A DNA stretch of 64,000 nucleotides from Octopus bimaculoides (GCF_001194135.2 NC_068987.1:88044160-88108159); one strand, 5' to 3'. Shown: positions 1-11,997, numbered from the stretch's first letter. Notes: generated from the letters alone by a model not told the origin. Numbers and translations: made by a program.

Positions 1-109
1 TCTTCGCCATACATCACCAATCCCAGTCATAAATCTTTTCACTTATTCATCTCTCATTTATATTAATTTCTCCTCACTAAATATCCCCAACGATCTACTC
101 GAATGATAT

Positions 110-260
110 TCATCTGTCGTGGTTCGTTGTTGCTGCAGTCATTTCTGTTCCTTCTGTGCCATTATATCCTTTACATGTTTCTTCTTGTTTTTTTTTTCCC
201 GACAACTCCCCCTTCTTTGACCGAGTGGGTGTGATACGATTGTTTGTCCGCATATAACAG
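110..260 (-). CDS. Candidate terminal exon (unidentified protein C-terminus)
   Basis: Minus-strand acceptor ccccttttttaacag| at 261/260. Phase-2 frame reads CYMRTNNRITPTRSKKGELSGKKKQEETCKGYNGTEGTEMTAATTNHDR* to TGA at 110-112. No recognisable homology; the purine-rich text also keeps the other frames open for 30-40 codons. Confidence 0.3.
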
Positions 261-1222
261 CTGTTAAAAAAGGGGGTAATATTCAAATATAAATAACCGA
301 AACGATTTAAACGAATATTGTAATTATCATACATTAAAAAGCAATAATTTATTTAACACTCACAGCATAATTAATGTCTATAAACCATCAAATTGACATC
401 CCTTCTCTTCCTTTATCGTCCTATGTAATGTGTTCGTCTCTTCTATGATGTCGACGACATCGAAATGGACTGTAAACGACGTGGAGACCAAACCTGACTC
501 CACAAATTTCAATGTCACTATCCAAGTGCCTACGCAAACTTTACCATCATCTCCTCTCTATGTTAATCGATGTTAAACGTTAGAATATCTCTGACATATT
601 AATTGATTATCCATTTCTTGGCAATTAGTAATCACTAATTGACTACGATGATGTCCTACTTTAACAATTATAATATTCTCATCCATCCATCCATTTCTAG
701 AGTACCTTATATATATATATATATCAGTCACCTTCCTATTTTATTTTTCTATTGATATTCGCCTACACTGTTCGGTTCATTCACCTGTAACCTCTCCTTA
801 AACACCAATATTATTTATCATCACCTCTTATAATCTGTATGTTGCTTATTTTTGCAATTGATTCTGCACTAATTGCGATATAATAATAATAATAATAATA
901 ATAATTATTATTATTATTATAAAAGACGATAGAACCTCTTTTAATGCCGTGCCTTACTCGTGCCCTATTACTTTTGAGTCTGTCAGCAGCTTCAGTTTTG
1001 GTTGTCGAAAATAGATATCGTGTTCTGACCCATTCCTGGATCATCTACCCATCATTATTTACTCCTCATCTGATGACATTGAATTATCTGTGTATAATTG
1101 AGTATATAGACATTATTATTATTATTATTATCATTTCCTTCCCGTGTTTTCTTTCATATGTATATTGCGGGGCATTCCACCGTTTGCTGTGGTCTTATAC
1201 ACTGTTGATCCCACCCATCTCT

Positions 1223-1275
<53 letters not shown>

Positions 1276-1339
1276 TATAAATGTCGGTACCCGATTTGCT
1301 ATTACACACCACTTTCAGACAGAATCGATAACAGTTGTG

Positions 1340-1470
1340 TCACTCAAGATCATCTGGTTTAATTCCCAGCATCTCTGTTGAAATGTTCTCCAGTTGTGTG
1401 TTTTGAGACCTCAATATTTCTTTGGCAAGGTTACCGATGCTGACTTTGGCACAATCTTCTGCTGTAGCAT
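1340..1470 (-). CDS. Candidate terminal coding exon (unidentified protein)
   Basis: Pyrimidine-rich acceptor tttgtttcattgtggttgtctctcaag| then phase-1 frame (D)ATAEDCAKVSIGNLAKEILRSQNTQLENISTEMLGIKPDDLE*. The other two frames close within 20 codons. Non-repetitive, protein-like composition, followed by UTR-like unique sequence. Confidence 0.45.
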
Positions 1471-1568
1471 CTTGAGAGACAACCACAATGAAACAAAACA
1501 GTTCAATCGAACTATTAACAAGAGAATTTTTTTTCCTCCACCGTCTCATTGTTTATTGTTTTCGATTT

Positions 1569-1633
<65 letters not shown>

Positions 1634-3254
1634 ATGCCTGTGTTTCTTTTCTTTCATCGAAGTAAACAATCAGCGTTGTTTTTGTGTTTGTATTCATGTG
1701 TGAAAAAGGACATTTTTAGGCCTTTAGCGAGGATCATTCTCTCTTCGTCGACATAGGAGTTTTAACTAAATTGTCATCAATACACCCACTTCGTACTTTA
1801 CTTCACTGCTTACGTGGTACATAGTACAGGCGCACCACACACACACACACGCATATATATATATATATATGCGTGTTTGTATCCGTGTTATACAAGCATA
1901 TATAAATATACATGTTTGTATGTTATGTGTCTTTATCTAAGCTATACAAACATTGGCTTAAAAAAGCTTTCTCTTCTTATAAATTTGTTTCGTTATTTAT
2001 ATTCTCGCCATCCAGAAATCGAATTCTGTTCGATCATTCATATTGATTTTTATGAGCTTATCTGTAATTTTAATAGGCTTTGGATCTTGGGGACATCAGC
2101 TATCAGCTGCTTCCAGCATTTTTATATATTCGTCCAGCGATGAATGTGTACGCGTATATACACACACACATCCATAAACCGTATATCTTATAAATGAAAA
2201 GCTGTGATGTTTTAGAAAATTATTATTTTTTTAAAATTAGTATTATTACATTTTAAAATTTAATTTAGACTCGCCCAGTTTTAAGCTTGTTGGGAGAAAT
2301 ATTCTGTCATCGCGTCCTTTCACACGTTCACGCCCACTTACTTCCTTCACTCACCAAAATTGCTGCTCTGAAACAGAAGTACGCGCGCGTATGTGTGTGT
2401 GTGTATGTGTGTTCTTTCTCTAATCAAAATTTTGAGTTTTTTTAGCTGTTGGTAAGTAGTTCCTCTCAGACGAAAGTAGGTTTTTAAGAACCACCTGCAG
2501 TGTCACTTTCTGTGCCATAAACTTACCAACACACTTTCTCTAGAATGTTTCTACCCAATGAAACGAATGATTATATNNNNNNNNNNNNNNNNNNNNNNNN
2601 NNNNNNNNNNNNNNNNNNNNNNNNNNNNNNNNNNNNNNNNNNNNNNNNNNNNNNNNNNNNNNNNNNNNNNNNNNNNNNNNNNNNNNNNNNNNNNNNNNNN
2701 NNNNNNNNNNNNNNNNNNNNNNNNNNNNNNNNNNNNNNNNNNNNNNNNNNNNNNNNNNNNNNNNNNNNNNNNNNNNNNNNNNNNNNNNNNNNNNNNNNNN
2801 NNNNNNNNNNNNNNNNNNNNNNNNNAATTTTAAATGGAATTTTCAATAATTTAAACCTACCAATCCACACACAGGTTTAATTGCCTTATAATTCTGGTGA
2901 GAACGGAGATCTTTTTTCTGTTATCTGACAGCTGATGCTAGTTTGGATCAATATTTAAAATAGGATTCTTCTTGTTATCCTTGTCAAAATGAATAGTTGC
3001 ACATTTCATGTTTTCCTCTAAAGACACAAGTGTAGCATTAGTTTTTTTTTTCTTGCTGTTTTTGTTTTCTTTGAGAGGAGGGGGAAGACCTGAAATTTCC
3101 TCTTAGAAAATTCTCTAAATAGTTTTGATTTATAATCCTTTTAAGTATTGTTGCCTTTTGCTTCATAACCGTTTGGTATTTTAGTTCCAGAATGGCAAAA
3201 TTCTGCTTAAACTTGGCAATGAACTTTCAATTTAGCAGAACAGCTAGCTTTTCT

Positions 3255-3560
3255 TTTGGTTCAGTCGCTAGACTATGGCCATACTGGGACAACATCTCGA
3301 AGAATTTTAGTCAAATGAATCGATTCCCAGCACTTATTTTTATTTTAAGCCTGGTACTTATTCTATCTGTCTGTTTTGCTGAACTGATAAGTCATATGGA
3401 TGTAAACACACCAACACCGGTTATCAAGTGGTGGTGGACAAACACAGACAGGAAAACACACACACATATGATAGGCTTCTTTCAGTTTCTCTTTACCAAA
3501 TCCATTCACAAGGCTTTTGTTGGCCGAAAGCTATAGTAGAAAATACTTTCCTTGCCACAG
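3255..3560 (-). mobile_element. Major Octopus-type tRNA-derived SINE (family A), partial
   Basis: Matches the other family A copies (ggcttctttcagtttc.tctaccaaatcc, tagtagaagacact motifs) with an internal (CA)n. Confidence 0.8.
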
Positions 3561-3646
3561 AGCCACGCCGAGCTTTAATTGGCTTTATTATTTCTTTTTG
3601 GATTGTAATAGCCTTCATTGGTGCCACTTTAGTGTGCATTCCACCT

Positions 3647-3758
3647 GGCTATTTATACCTTAGCATGCAGTCAAACCCCAGGCCCTAACCCAAATCCTGA
3701 TCAGGTAATCTCACATCTAGACTATGGAGACAGTTGTAGACTGCATGCTAAAATAGCC
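3647..3758. repeat. Short inverted-repeat element with CCCTAA-like spacer
   Basis: ggctatttataccttagcatgcagtc ... gactgcatgctaaaatagcc; the spacer contains ccctaacccaaatcctga. Confidence 0.55.
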
Positions 3759-3769
3759 CCCATTTGTCA

Positions 3770-4185
3770 TCATCATGATCATCATTTAACATCTGCTTTC
3801 CATGCTAGCATGGGTTGGACAATTTGATTGGGGACTGGCGAAGCGGATGGCTACACTAGGCTCCAATCTGATTTGGCAGAGTTTCTACAGCTGGATGCTC
3901 TTCCTAACGTCAACCACTCTGAGAGTGTAGTGGGTGCTTTTTTACGTTCCACCGGCACAAGGGCCAGTCCAGCAGTACTGGCACGGGAGCGAGACCGCTG
4001 CTCTGGCAGTGATCCTGCTCGGATGGTGCTGTTAGCGTTCCACTGGCACGGGTGCCAGTCATCAAATTTGGTTCAGTTTCGATCTCACTTGCCCCAACAG
4101 GTCTTCGCAAGCTGAGTTTAGTGTTCCATGAGGAAAGGTTGGCATGGGTGCCAGTCATCAAATTGGGTTCAATTTCGATTTGTGT
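3770..4185 (-). mobile_element. RTE LINE 3' UTR/tail fragment
   Basis: Reverse complement of ...ccaacccatgctagcatggaaagcagatgttaaatgatcatgatgatg, with ggcacgggtgccagtca repeat units. Confidence 0.8.
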
Positions 4186-4397
4186 AAGCATTAATTCTAT
4201 AAATCAGTTTATATCTCACGAGCAAGTTTATCTTTCTGTTTTGATTTTTATGTGAAAGGTAGAATTAAAGTTTAAGCCAATATGTACTGAAGAATGAAGA
4301 TTTTTCTTATTAGTTTAAAAAAAAAAATATTGAACATAGATAATATGACATTACTATTTGTAAATCTCACAACGAGAGATATTCAGTAACAGTACTT

Positions 4398-4660
4398 TGG
4401 AGTAAAGATTATTTGCCAACATAATATGGCAGCTCAAAACAATATCCGTGTATTGTGATAACCCAAAATATCCCAGAAATCATGATACACAGATATTGTT
4501 TTGAGCTGAGCGGGGGTGCTAGATTCCCTTGTTCAAAAATATAAGGACACAGATCGTGTCGTATAGCCAGCTGGAGACAATGTTTCCTGGGGCTAAATTA
4601 CAGCAACATTCGTACTAAACCAGGACTGCCATGTTATGTTGGCAAACAATCTTTACTCCA
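4398..4660. mobile_element. Composite MITE-like element with 35-bp TIRs, internal hairpin and fragment of the 45.7-kb palindrome family
   Basis: TIRs 4398-4432 and 4626-4660; inner inverted repeat 4430-4459/4479-4508; 4545-4612 resembles ggacacagaagtgtgtcgataagccagctggaggagatgtcctcctggggctaaaagc at 45831-45890. Confidence 0.65.
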
Positions 4661-4924
4661 TAGATATTATGATTTAAAGTCTTCTGCTAATTTTGTTCAT
4701 ATCATCATCATTTTGCTGTCCATTTTTCCATGCCTGCATGAGTCGGACAATTTGTTGAGGCAGATTTTCTGTGACTGGATACTCTCTCTTTTGTCAACTT
4801 TCACCTGTTTCCAAGCAAATTAGCATTTCCTTGTGACTGTACAAATTTTTGTAGAAGATGGTTGTATGACATTGGCATTCCTTTACAACTGCTGTAATAT
4901 GGAGGCAGGGAAACCCACACATGC

Positions 4925-5345
4925 ACATATATTACCTCTGTTGGTAACAAAAAAAGTCCTTCTTGCAGAGTGACAATCAGATTGTATGATGTTTGAGTGC
5001 AAACAGCAATGCTGCATGGTAGTGGAAATGCTACATGGCAGAGGACATGGGAAGACTTGGACGAAATGAAGCTAGTGTTCTACATGGAATGTGCAACATC
5101 AGTGTGCAAATGAATGACAAATTGGGCATAAGAGAAATCAGATGCAGTGCACAAGAAAGAGGGTTGTGTTGGCATGGACATTTGATGAGTATGGATGAAA
5201 ACAACCATATAAAGAATTGCTGAATGTTGATGAAACTTGTAGAAGGAGGAATCCTAGGTAGACATGGGACAAAGTAGTGAAGGTTAAAGACGATTGGCAA
5301 TTTAGTGTGCTGGAAGAGACCCATCTGTTTCAACAAAAGTGAGGT
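4925..5345 (+). mobile_element. Degenerate RTE-X LINE ORF2 C-terminal fragment
   Basis: Translates, with stops and frameshifts, as RLYDV*VQTAMLHGS...AEDMGRLGRNEASVLHGMCNISV...KLGIREIRCSAQERGLCWHGHLMSMDENNHIKNC, typical of the RTE post-RT region (LYDACVRTAMLHGSETW...RLRWYGHVMRM). Confidence 0.75.
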
Positions 5346-6204
5346 TCTAAAAGACTTAGGTATTTGTTAGGCATTCACCGAACCTTGCCCCTGTCCCAGC
5401 ATCCAATCTGTCTCTGTCAAGCTTTCCTCACCTTTCATCTTTCTAACACCTGTCTTTCTACTCTTCTAACTATGGCACAATTCAGCAGCTGAAATCATAT
5501 GAGAGCAGAATCTGCATGTATTTCAACCCCCACCCCCAATACTACCAATTACCACTCCCTAGACCTACTTCCTTTTAACAGCCATTCCTCATTCTCAGTG
5601 TCCTCTTGTCCCACTTTATTTTCCACCATTCACTTTTTGTGTGTGTGTGTGTCCAGCCCTACCAAATTATCTCTCTGTCCTCTGTTGTACCTCATCTTTC
5701 ACACCCTTTCTTATCTGCTGTTATTCTCAATGCCCTGTCACATCTGCGGTTGGCCTCCTTCACCTTTATCTGCCACTCACTATAGCCACCCCTACATACC
5801 TCTGGCATCCATCTCTGTCACTGTACACCTCTCTTCATCTCCCTATTTTCTGATCTGTCTACAGGTTTATTATATTGCTGTTTTCCACCCTTCTTTTATT
5901 GCCACTTACCACCACCTCTTTGTGAGCCACCCCTATTTCTTTCTACCATACTGGTATTTACCATTGACCTCACCTCCACCCTTGTTCCATTCACTACATT
6001 CACCTTTATCCCATCTCTAACTATCCTTCACTCTCTTCTCTTACTCTGATGAACTTATCCACTCATCCTTCCTGGTCCTTTGTTTGTGCTCTCTCTCTTA
6101 TACTCACCTTTTTGTATCTTGAGTACATTTTGACACCTCATCACTACCATCACTGTCTTTCCAGCAACTCCTTCTGCTCTTATGTAATGCAGAGTAGCCG
6201 TGTA

Positions 6205-6560
6205 TCTCATCATCATTGTTTAACATCTGCTTTGGGTTGGACAGTTTGATTGAGGACTGGCAAGCCAGGAGGCTGTACCAGGCCCCAATCTGTTCTGGTA
6301 AGGTTTGTACAGCCGGATGACCTTCCTAACACCAACCATTCTGAGAGTGTAGTGCGTGCTTTTTACGTGCCGCCGGCACAAGACCAGTCAGGTGGTCTGG
6401 GCATCAACCATACCTGAATGGTGCTTTTTATGTGCCACTGGCACAGGTGCCAGTCAGGTGGCATTGGTATCGGACATGACTATGATTTCACTTGACTCAA
6501 CAGATCTTCTCAAGCAAGTCCTCCGATTTGTTGGATCCTCTCAAACTGCCCTACCCATGC
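6205..6560 (-). mobile_element. RTE LINE 3' UTR/tail fragment
   Basis: catcatcattgtttaacatctgct...gatgaccttcctaacaccaacc... plus VNTR-like units. Confidence 0.75.
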
Positions 6561-7249
6561 CACTGTGGAAGACAGATATTGATGATGATGATGATGATAT
6601 ATAGTCACACAGATACACGATGAGTGTTTTTCAGTGTCTGCTTACCAAATCCACTCTCAAGGCTTTGGTTGACCCAGGGCTATAATAGAAGACACTTGTC
6701 CAAAATGCCACAATGTGGGACGGAACCCAAACCATGTGGCTGCGAAGTGAGCTTCTTAACTTGCCGTAACCAAAGGGAAGTCTAGCATTCTGATGTTTGA
6801 TCTTCTCTCAAATATTATTAACACAAGATATGTTTTTCAGGGTTCGTAGTGTCTCTGCTGCTGCTATTTGTAAAGAATATTGGATTACAAGGTGCTGTTA
6901 CTACAATATATTAGTGATAAAATATGGAATATTTATATCTCTGTTTGTGTCATACATGATTGATATTGTCACCTGTCTATCTCAGTTGTATTTCATTTAT
7001 TATGTTTTAACTTATCGATATTGGTTTTTAATCATTCTGAACCTATGTGTTTTTGAGATGGGCTAGAATTTTATACAGAAATGAAAATGTCCAATGTCGC
7101 CTGTAATGGGTTTTCAGTTCACTCACCAAAGGTTTCATCTTCATATCGCATGCCCCAAACAAGTTACTCCTGATGAGTGTATCTTTCTAGACTATTGACC
7201 ATTACTAGAAATAATTGGTTTGAGGAGTGATTGAAAGAGAATTGGTTTG

Positions 7250-7445
7250 AGTTCAACCCTTCAAAATTTAAATTTCTCTGTCGAATGTAAGGATTATTTA
7301 TTCACATTATTTTGTGTTAATCATGGATTATCTTGTAGCTTTGAGATCTCAATGACACAACTATTTATTTTAGAATGACATTGTCAGGCAGGTGTGAAAG
7401 GCTGTATCTGGATGGTTTGCATATAAAATAGACAGATTGGTTTAA
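7250..7445. mobile_element. piggyBac-like MITE (AACCCTT...AAGGGTTAA family), partial
   Basis: Shares the ttattcacatt...taatcatggattatcttgtagctttgagat...ttttagaatgacattgt.ggc aggtgtga core with 15405-15585, 46257-47550 and 58620-59030. Confidence 0.6.
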
Positions 7446-7689
7446 CATGTAACTGAACTTGCATTGCAGGTTCAGCTAACTGCAAGTTCAGTAGCATTTG
7501 CTTGTGAGAAGTAAATTGCACATCACTCTAATTGGAATGGTATCAGAGTTAAGATATGACTAAAGATCTGGTATATAACCCAAACATATGAGATTAATTT
7601 CAATGAACTTTGAATAAAAAATAAAACTTTTATCTCTGATGGTGTTTTGTTTGAGTTTGATACTTAACATTATAATTTAGATTGATAAA

Positions 7690-7870
7690 GAGCAGGTGTG
7701 GCTGTATGGTAAGAAGTGTACTTCCCTAACACATGGTCTTGGGTTCAGTCCCACTCTGGCACCTCGGGCAAGTGTCTTCTACTATAGCCTCCAAGCCAAC
7801 CAAAACCTTGTGAGTGGATTTGGTACGGGGAAACTGAAAGAAGACAATTGTATATATCCACACACACACA
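7690..7870 (+). mobile_element. SINE family A, 5' (tRNA-like) half
   Basis: gcaggtgtggctgtatggtaagaag...gggttcagtcccactctggcacctcgggcaagtgtcttctactatagcc; box A/B-like head. Confidence 0.85.
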
Positions 7871-7879
7871 GACACACGT

Positions 7880-8230
7880 ATATATTTATAGTTGAAATTT
7901 ACAGAACAATAAAAGACAAAGACAGTGTAGAAACAACAAGTAGGTGTATTAGTTTGACGCTCGGGATGGTGAGAAAGTCTTTTACGTTTCGAGCCTATGC
8001 TCTTCAACAGAAAGGAACACGAGGAAATAAACAGGGAGAGAATAAAAAACTTGTGGATTTAGCGATCAAGCATGGCGACTGGTTGGAAAAAGGTAGTTTG
8101 ACAGGAGAGCTAGGAAGAAGGGGAGATAATAAAATACTGGTGATCCCAAAACGAAGGTACGTGTGTGTATGTGAGAGTGTGTGCATGTGGATAGGGGCTA
8201 GTGACTTTGACGTGTAGATGTGTGCATCTG
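7880..8230. mobile_element. Penelope-like repeat fragment with hammerhead-like motif
   Basis: Homologous to 33065-33430; minus strand 7984-8010 reads CTGTTGAAGAGCATAGGCTCGAAACGT, the CTGANGA-stem-GAAAC layout typical of Penelope-like element repeats. Confidence 0.5.
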
Positions 8231-9777
8231 TGTGTGTGTTGAGAACCACTGCCCTATCACATGAATTCACATCAAGAATCTTGTAAACCAAATATAAGGC
8301 TGAAATATCTTTGAGCTTTCTCGCTGCTGCATACCAGTGCTATGTCGAGCATCAGTTTTACTTTACAGGAGAAGCTCATTAAATAAGACACTGATTCCAA
8401 CAATTTATGCTGATGGGTCTCCAACACATTGTAGAATGGAGAAACTTGTATAAACCAAAGACTGCAGGATGATCAAAACTGATATTCTTGTAATGAGTTG
8501 CAGCAGTAATTGCAGACTTGAATGCTGTATTCTTGGACCAAATGATTGGTTTTCTTAATCTTGGCAAAAACTGTTATTTGTTTCAAAGTGATTAGTAAAT
8601 CTTTTACTAAGAACATTGGTTTGATAATGACAACAAATCTCCATAGTTTTAATAGGATCACATTATATTGTTTCTTTAATCCTTTCATAGCAATATTTCC
8701 AATAAAATACAGAATTAATTGAAATTAATTTTGAAAATTGTCCCAAGTACAAAGAGATTTTGTAAAATAAATAACTTGTTCCATTATTAAGCTGATGTTT
8801 GGAATTAGATCTGAAAGAAGGCCCATCATCATCATTGTTTGTATCATCCACTTTTCCATTCTTCCATGGGTCAGATAAAGTTTACTGCACCTGTTTCCAA
8901 GGAAGGTAATATTTCTCCATCGCCAGACATGGTCTCACAGGATATTGGTAATGGATGACACTGCTGGAGTCGGAGTCGGTAAAATTTCCAATCATTTACT
9001 TATTTATTTTTCCTAAAATTTTCATTGCATCTTGCAACGTTTCCAATAGTTGTTGACACTGTCCATTATTCAAACTGCGTTCTTTTTGCTTGTTTGTTTG
9101 TGCTCACTGACACACACACATACAAGCAAAGCAAACAAAAAGAACGCAGCTCGGATAATGGACAAAGCCAACACATATTGAAAAGGTTGCAAGTTGCAAC
9201 AAAAGTTTTTGGAAAATAAATGAGTAAATGAGTGAAAATTTTACTGGTGAGTGTTAAATTATAAAGCACCAAAAGAGAATGACTCTCCCTAGACCCAACA
9301 GAATATGCTTCAACACACAAACTCACATAAAGAATCTTGCAAACCAAATCCCAAAACGAAATATTGTAAATTACTCCTTTCTCTTTAATTACTGGACATA
9401 TTTAACTCTGTAGTAATCTCTTTAAATTTTTTGATGGTCCACAACTATATGAAACTTTTGAGTTTTAATTTCAAAATATTTATCACTTATGAGAATGTGT
9501 TTACACTGAAGTTATGCAGTTGTAGTTGATTATTAGCTGGCGTGACTAGATCAGGTTTCATTAACAGAGAATTGCTAACATGGAGGTATAGTAGTTTGAG
9601 TCATAGCTGCAAATATGCTGGGGTTTTCTGGGGGTTTTTTTTTCACTTGAATAATNNNNNNNNNNNNNNNNNNNNNNNNNNNNNNNNNNNNNNNNNNNNN
9701 NNNNNNNNNNNNNNNNNNNNNNNNNNNNNNNNNNNNNNNNNNNNNNNNNNNNNNNNNNNNNNNNNNNNNNNNNNNNN

Positions 9778-10135
9778 GCAATGACCCAGTGGTTAGGGCA
9801 GCAAACTCAGTCGTAGGATCGAGGTTTCAATTCCCAGACTGGGCTTTGTGAGTGTTTGTTGAGTGAAAGCACCTAAAGCTCTACAAGGCTCCGCCCTGCT
9901 GTACTCTGTCACCACAATTTTCTCTCACTCTTTCTTTCTCTTTCTGTTGTACCTGTATTTCAAAGGGGCCAACCTCGTCACACTCTATGTCATGCTGAAT
10001 TTCCCTGAAAACTATGTTAAGGGTACACGTGTCTGTGGAGTGCTCAGCCACTTGCACGTTAATTTCACGAGCAAGCTGTCCCATTGATCGGATCAACTGG
10101 GACCCTCATCGTCATAACCGACGGAGTTCCACGAT
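9778..10135 (+). mobile_element. tRNA-derived SINE, second family (B)
   Basis: Head gcaatgacccagtggttagggcagc...gtttcaattccc; body gtcacactctatgtcatgctgaatttccctgaaaac...ttgatcggatcaactgggaccctc. A degenerate homologue lies at 51840-52125. Confidence 0.7.
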
Positions 10136-10257
10136 TTTGGAAATAGAAATGCTGTTTAAATAAAGAGGGATTCCTTTTGGTTCCAACTTGCAGAATTTAT
10201 ACTTTTGGTAAACCTGATTAAAACTGACAACTTGCTCAAGCTAGGATATATAATTGT

Positions 10258-10530
10258 GAAGGCATATGACCTAGTGGTTAAAGTTTTGCACTCCTGGTTG
10301 TAAGATTGCAGTTTCTATTCCTGGGTTGAGTCATGTGTTGTGTTCTTGAGCAAAACACTTTGTTTCACTTTGCGCCAATCTGCTCAGCTGTAAATGAGTT
10401 CTGATGATAACTGGAAAGTTAACCCTGCAATGGACTGACATCCCATCCAGGTGAGATGGTGTATAATCTCCGTCACTTACACACTATGGAAAATTGGTTA
10501 AGCTTTGGCCTTATAAGTCTTAGTGCTCAT
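10258..10530 (+). mobile_element. tRNA-derived SINE, third family (C)
   Basis: tgacctagtggtta head; gtgttcttgagcaaaacact...ctcagctgtaaatgag...aaccctgcaatggactgacatcccatccagg core. Related copies at 16540-16850, 24835-25080, 27140-27245 and (minus) 19720-19895. Confidence 0.7.
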
Positions 10531-11139
10531 GACAATGCTACATATATTACAAGATATAAAATTAGATAAAGCAGAGATATTTTAATAGAGGAGAAATGTC
10601 TAGTAATATATTTTCCAACATTGCTGTTAGCAATATGTGTGTCATTTTAAGTTTATAATTATTTCTACAATTTATTGTATAAATGACTATTTCATTAAGT
10701 CATCATTTAGTATTGTTAGCAAAGACCATGGCTAGTCTCTGCTATTTTTTTTTTTTTCATGCATTTTCAGCTTGAATTTATTTATTCACCCTGCCTTGGT
10801 TTGATTGATTATGACTTTCAGAAATAGTTATAGAATTAGTTTATTTAGCAGCAAGGCTATTGTGGTGTATGTTAACAAATCTGTGTTCATTAAATCTCCA
10901 TTATTTCATGAAGTGACAGATTTTCTATATTCAGTTCTCATTTACATATAGGCCATACTTAATGGATAAATAAATGGTCATTAAGCCAAGTATATAAAAA
11001 CCATATTATTATTTTTTTTTAATCAGAAAATGATATAACAAAAAATTTTTTTTTTTTGTCAAAACGTGTCTCATTAATTTAGAATTAATGATACTCCAAT
11101 ATGACATTTTTATATTTGTAAGATGATTATATATATATA

Positions 11140-11305
11140 ATAATGGTTTCAAATATTCGCACAAGGCCAGCAATTTCAGGGGCAAGTGTCAGTTAATTAT
11201 ATCAACCCCAGTGCTCAACTGGTACTTATTTCATTGACCCCTGAAAGGATGAAAGACAAAGTTGACTTTGTGGAATTTAAACTCACAATGCTAACCATGC
11301 TAACA
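11140..11305 (-). mobile_element. tRNA-derived SINE, fourth family (D), partial
   Basis: aaccccagtgctcaactggtacttatttcattgacccctgaaaggatgaaagacaaagttgac; same family as 26420-26610. Confidence 0.75.
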
Positions 11306-11997
11306 ATCTTGGCAGCTTGCTGCCCTATTTGTTTGTACATGATATTCAGCCAAAAAAATTTGTTTTCTTTATCTGTCACTCATTTCAGTTATTGGACTGT
11401 GGCCATGCTGGGGCACTGTCTTGAAGGATTTAACCAACAAATTGCCCCCAGTATTTATTTTTAGTTCTGGTACTTATTGTATTGGTCTCTTTAGTCATGG
11501 GGGGACATAAACAAACCATCACTGCTTGTCAAGTGATAGGTGGGGGGGGGGGCAACCTACACCAAAATACACTGCCTCAAACTAACTCTTATCCAACCTA
11601 TTTCAGCAGCAACATTTGACTTGTATATTGATTGGTCCATTTTAAACATAGCAAACAAACTAGATGTTATGTTTTAAAAAATGTTCATTTAAATCTGACA
11701 TTTTGTCTGTTTTCAGATAATTAGCATAGGAATAAAATTTATAAATAACAACTAAGTGATGTACTAAGCTAGCTACTAGATAATGTAAGAATTTGAAATG
11801 ACACTCCTCGACTATAACTGCCAATGGTGTTGTTTAGCTTCCAATCAGTCTTTGCTGAGCAAACCTATGGTCAAAAACATTTTGACACATTCTAGCATTG
11901 TCTGTCTTGCTGTTTTGTGTATTTAACACTACACCATCCAGTATGTTCCTCATCTTTTGAGACAGTAAAGTGTATCATCATCATCATCATCATCATA

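Larger units (their letters stand above)
1..2570. promoter_or_regulatory. CpG-retaining (probably germline-unmethylated) unique region
   Basis: 22 CpG counted in 1-600 versus 3 in 19561-20160. SINE-free. Inference: outside a methylated gene body, i.e. promoter, UTR or gene end. Confidence 0.45.

Noticed and set aside
944-960. GTGCCTTA miR-124 8mer site / TAAGGCACG match
   Set aside because: A single 8-9-mer is expected by chance in 64 kb, there is no hairpin, and the best exon evidence here is on the opposite strand.
1997-2140. Minus-strand frame SLDEYIKMLEAADS-TGA-CPQDPKP...FWMARI* resembling a UGA-readthrough/selenoprotein (SUC) ORF
   Set aside because: No splice or start context upstream (it runs into a TG microsatellite), no SECIS seen and no known selenoprotein motif; compatible with chance.
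2446-2532. Strong GTTG|GTAAGT donors on both strands
   Set aside because: They form an 11-bp inverted repeat, and no phase-compatible coding exon could be built; may be a small element.
7124-7170. Minus frame LVWGMRYEDETF ending at a phase-1 GTGAGT donor that would fit the 1470 exon
   Set aside because: An in-frame TAA lies immediately upstream with no usable acceptor between it and the frame.
8270-8700. Partly open minus-strand frames next to a hAT-type terminus (gttgagaaccactg)
   Set aside because: No recognisable transposase or host motif; stops in all frames.
9543-9565. TGACTAGATC, identical to the miR-279 family 5' end
   Set aside because: The flanks do not form a convincing pre-miRNA hairpin.
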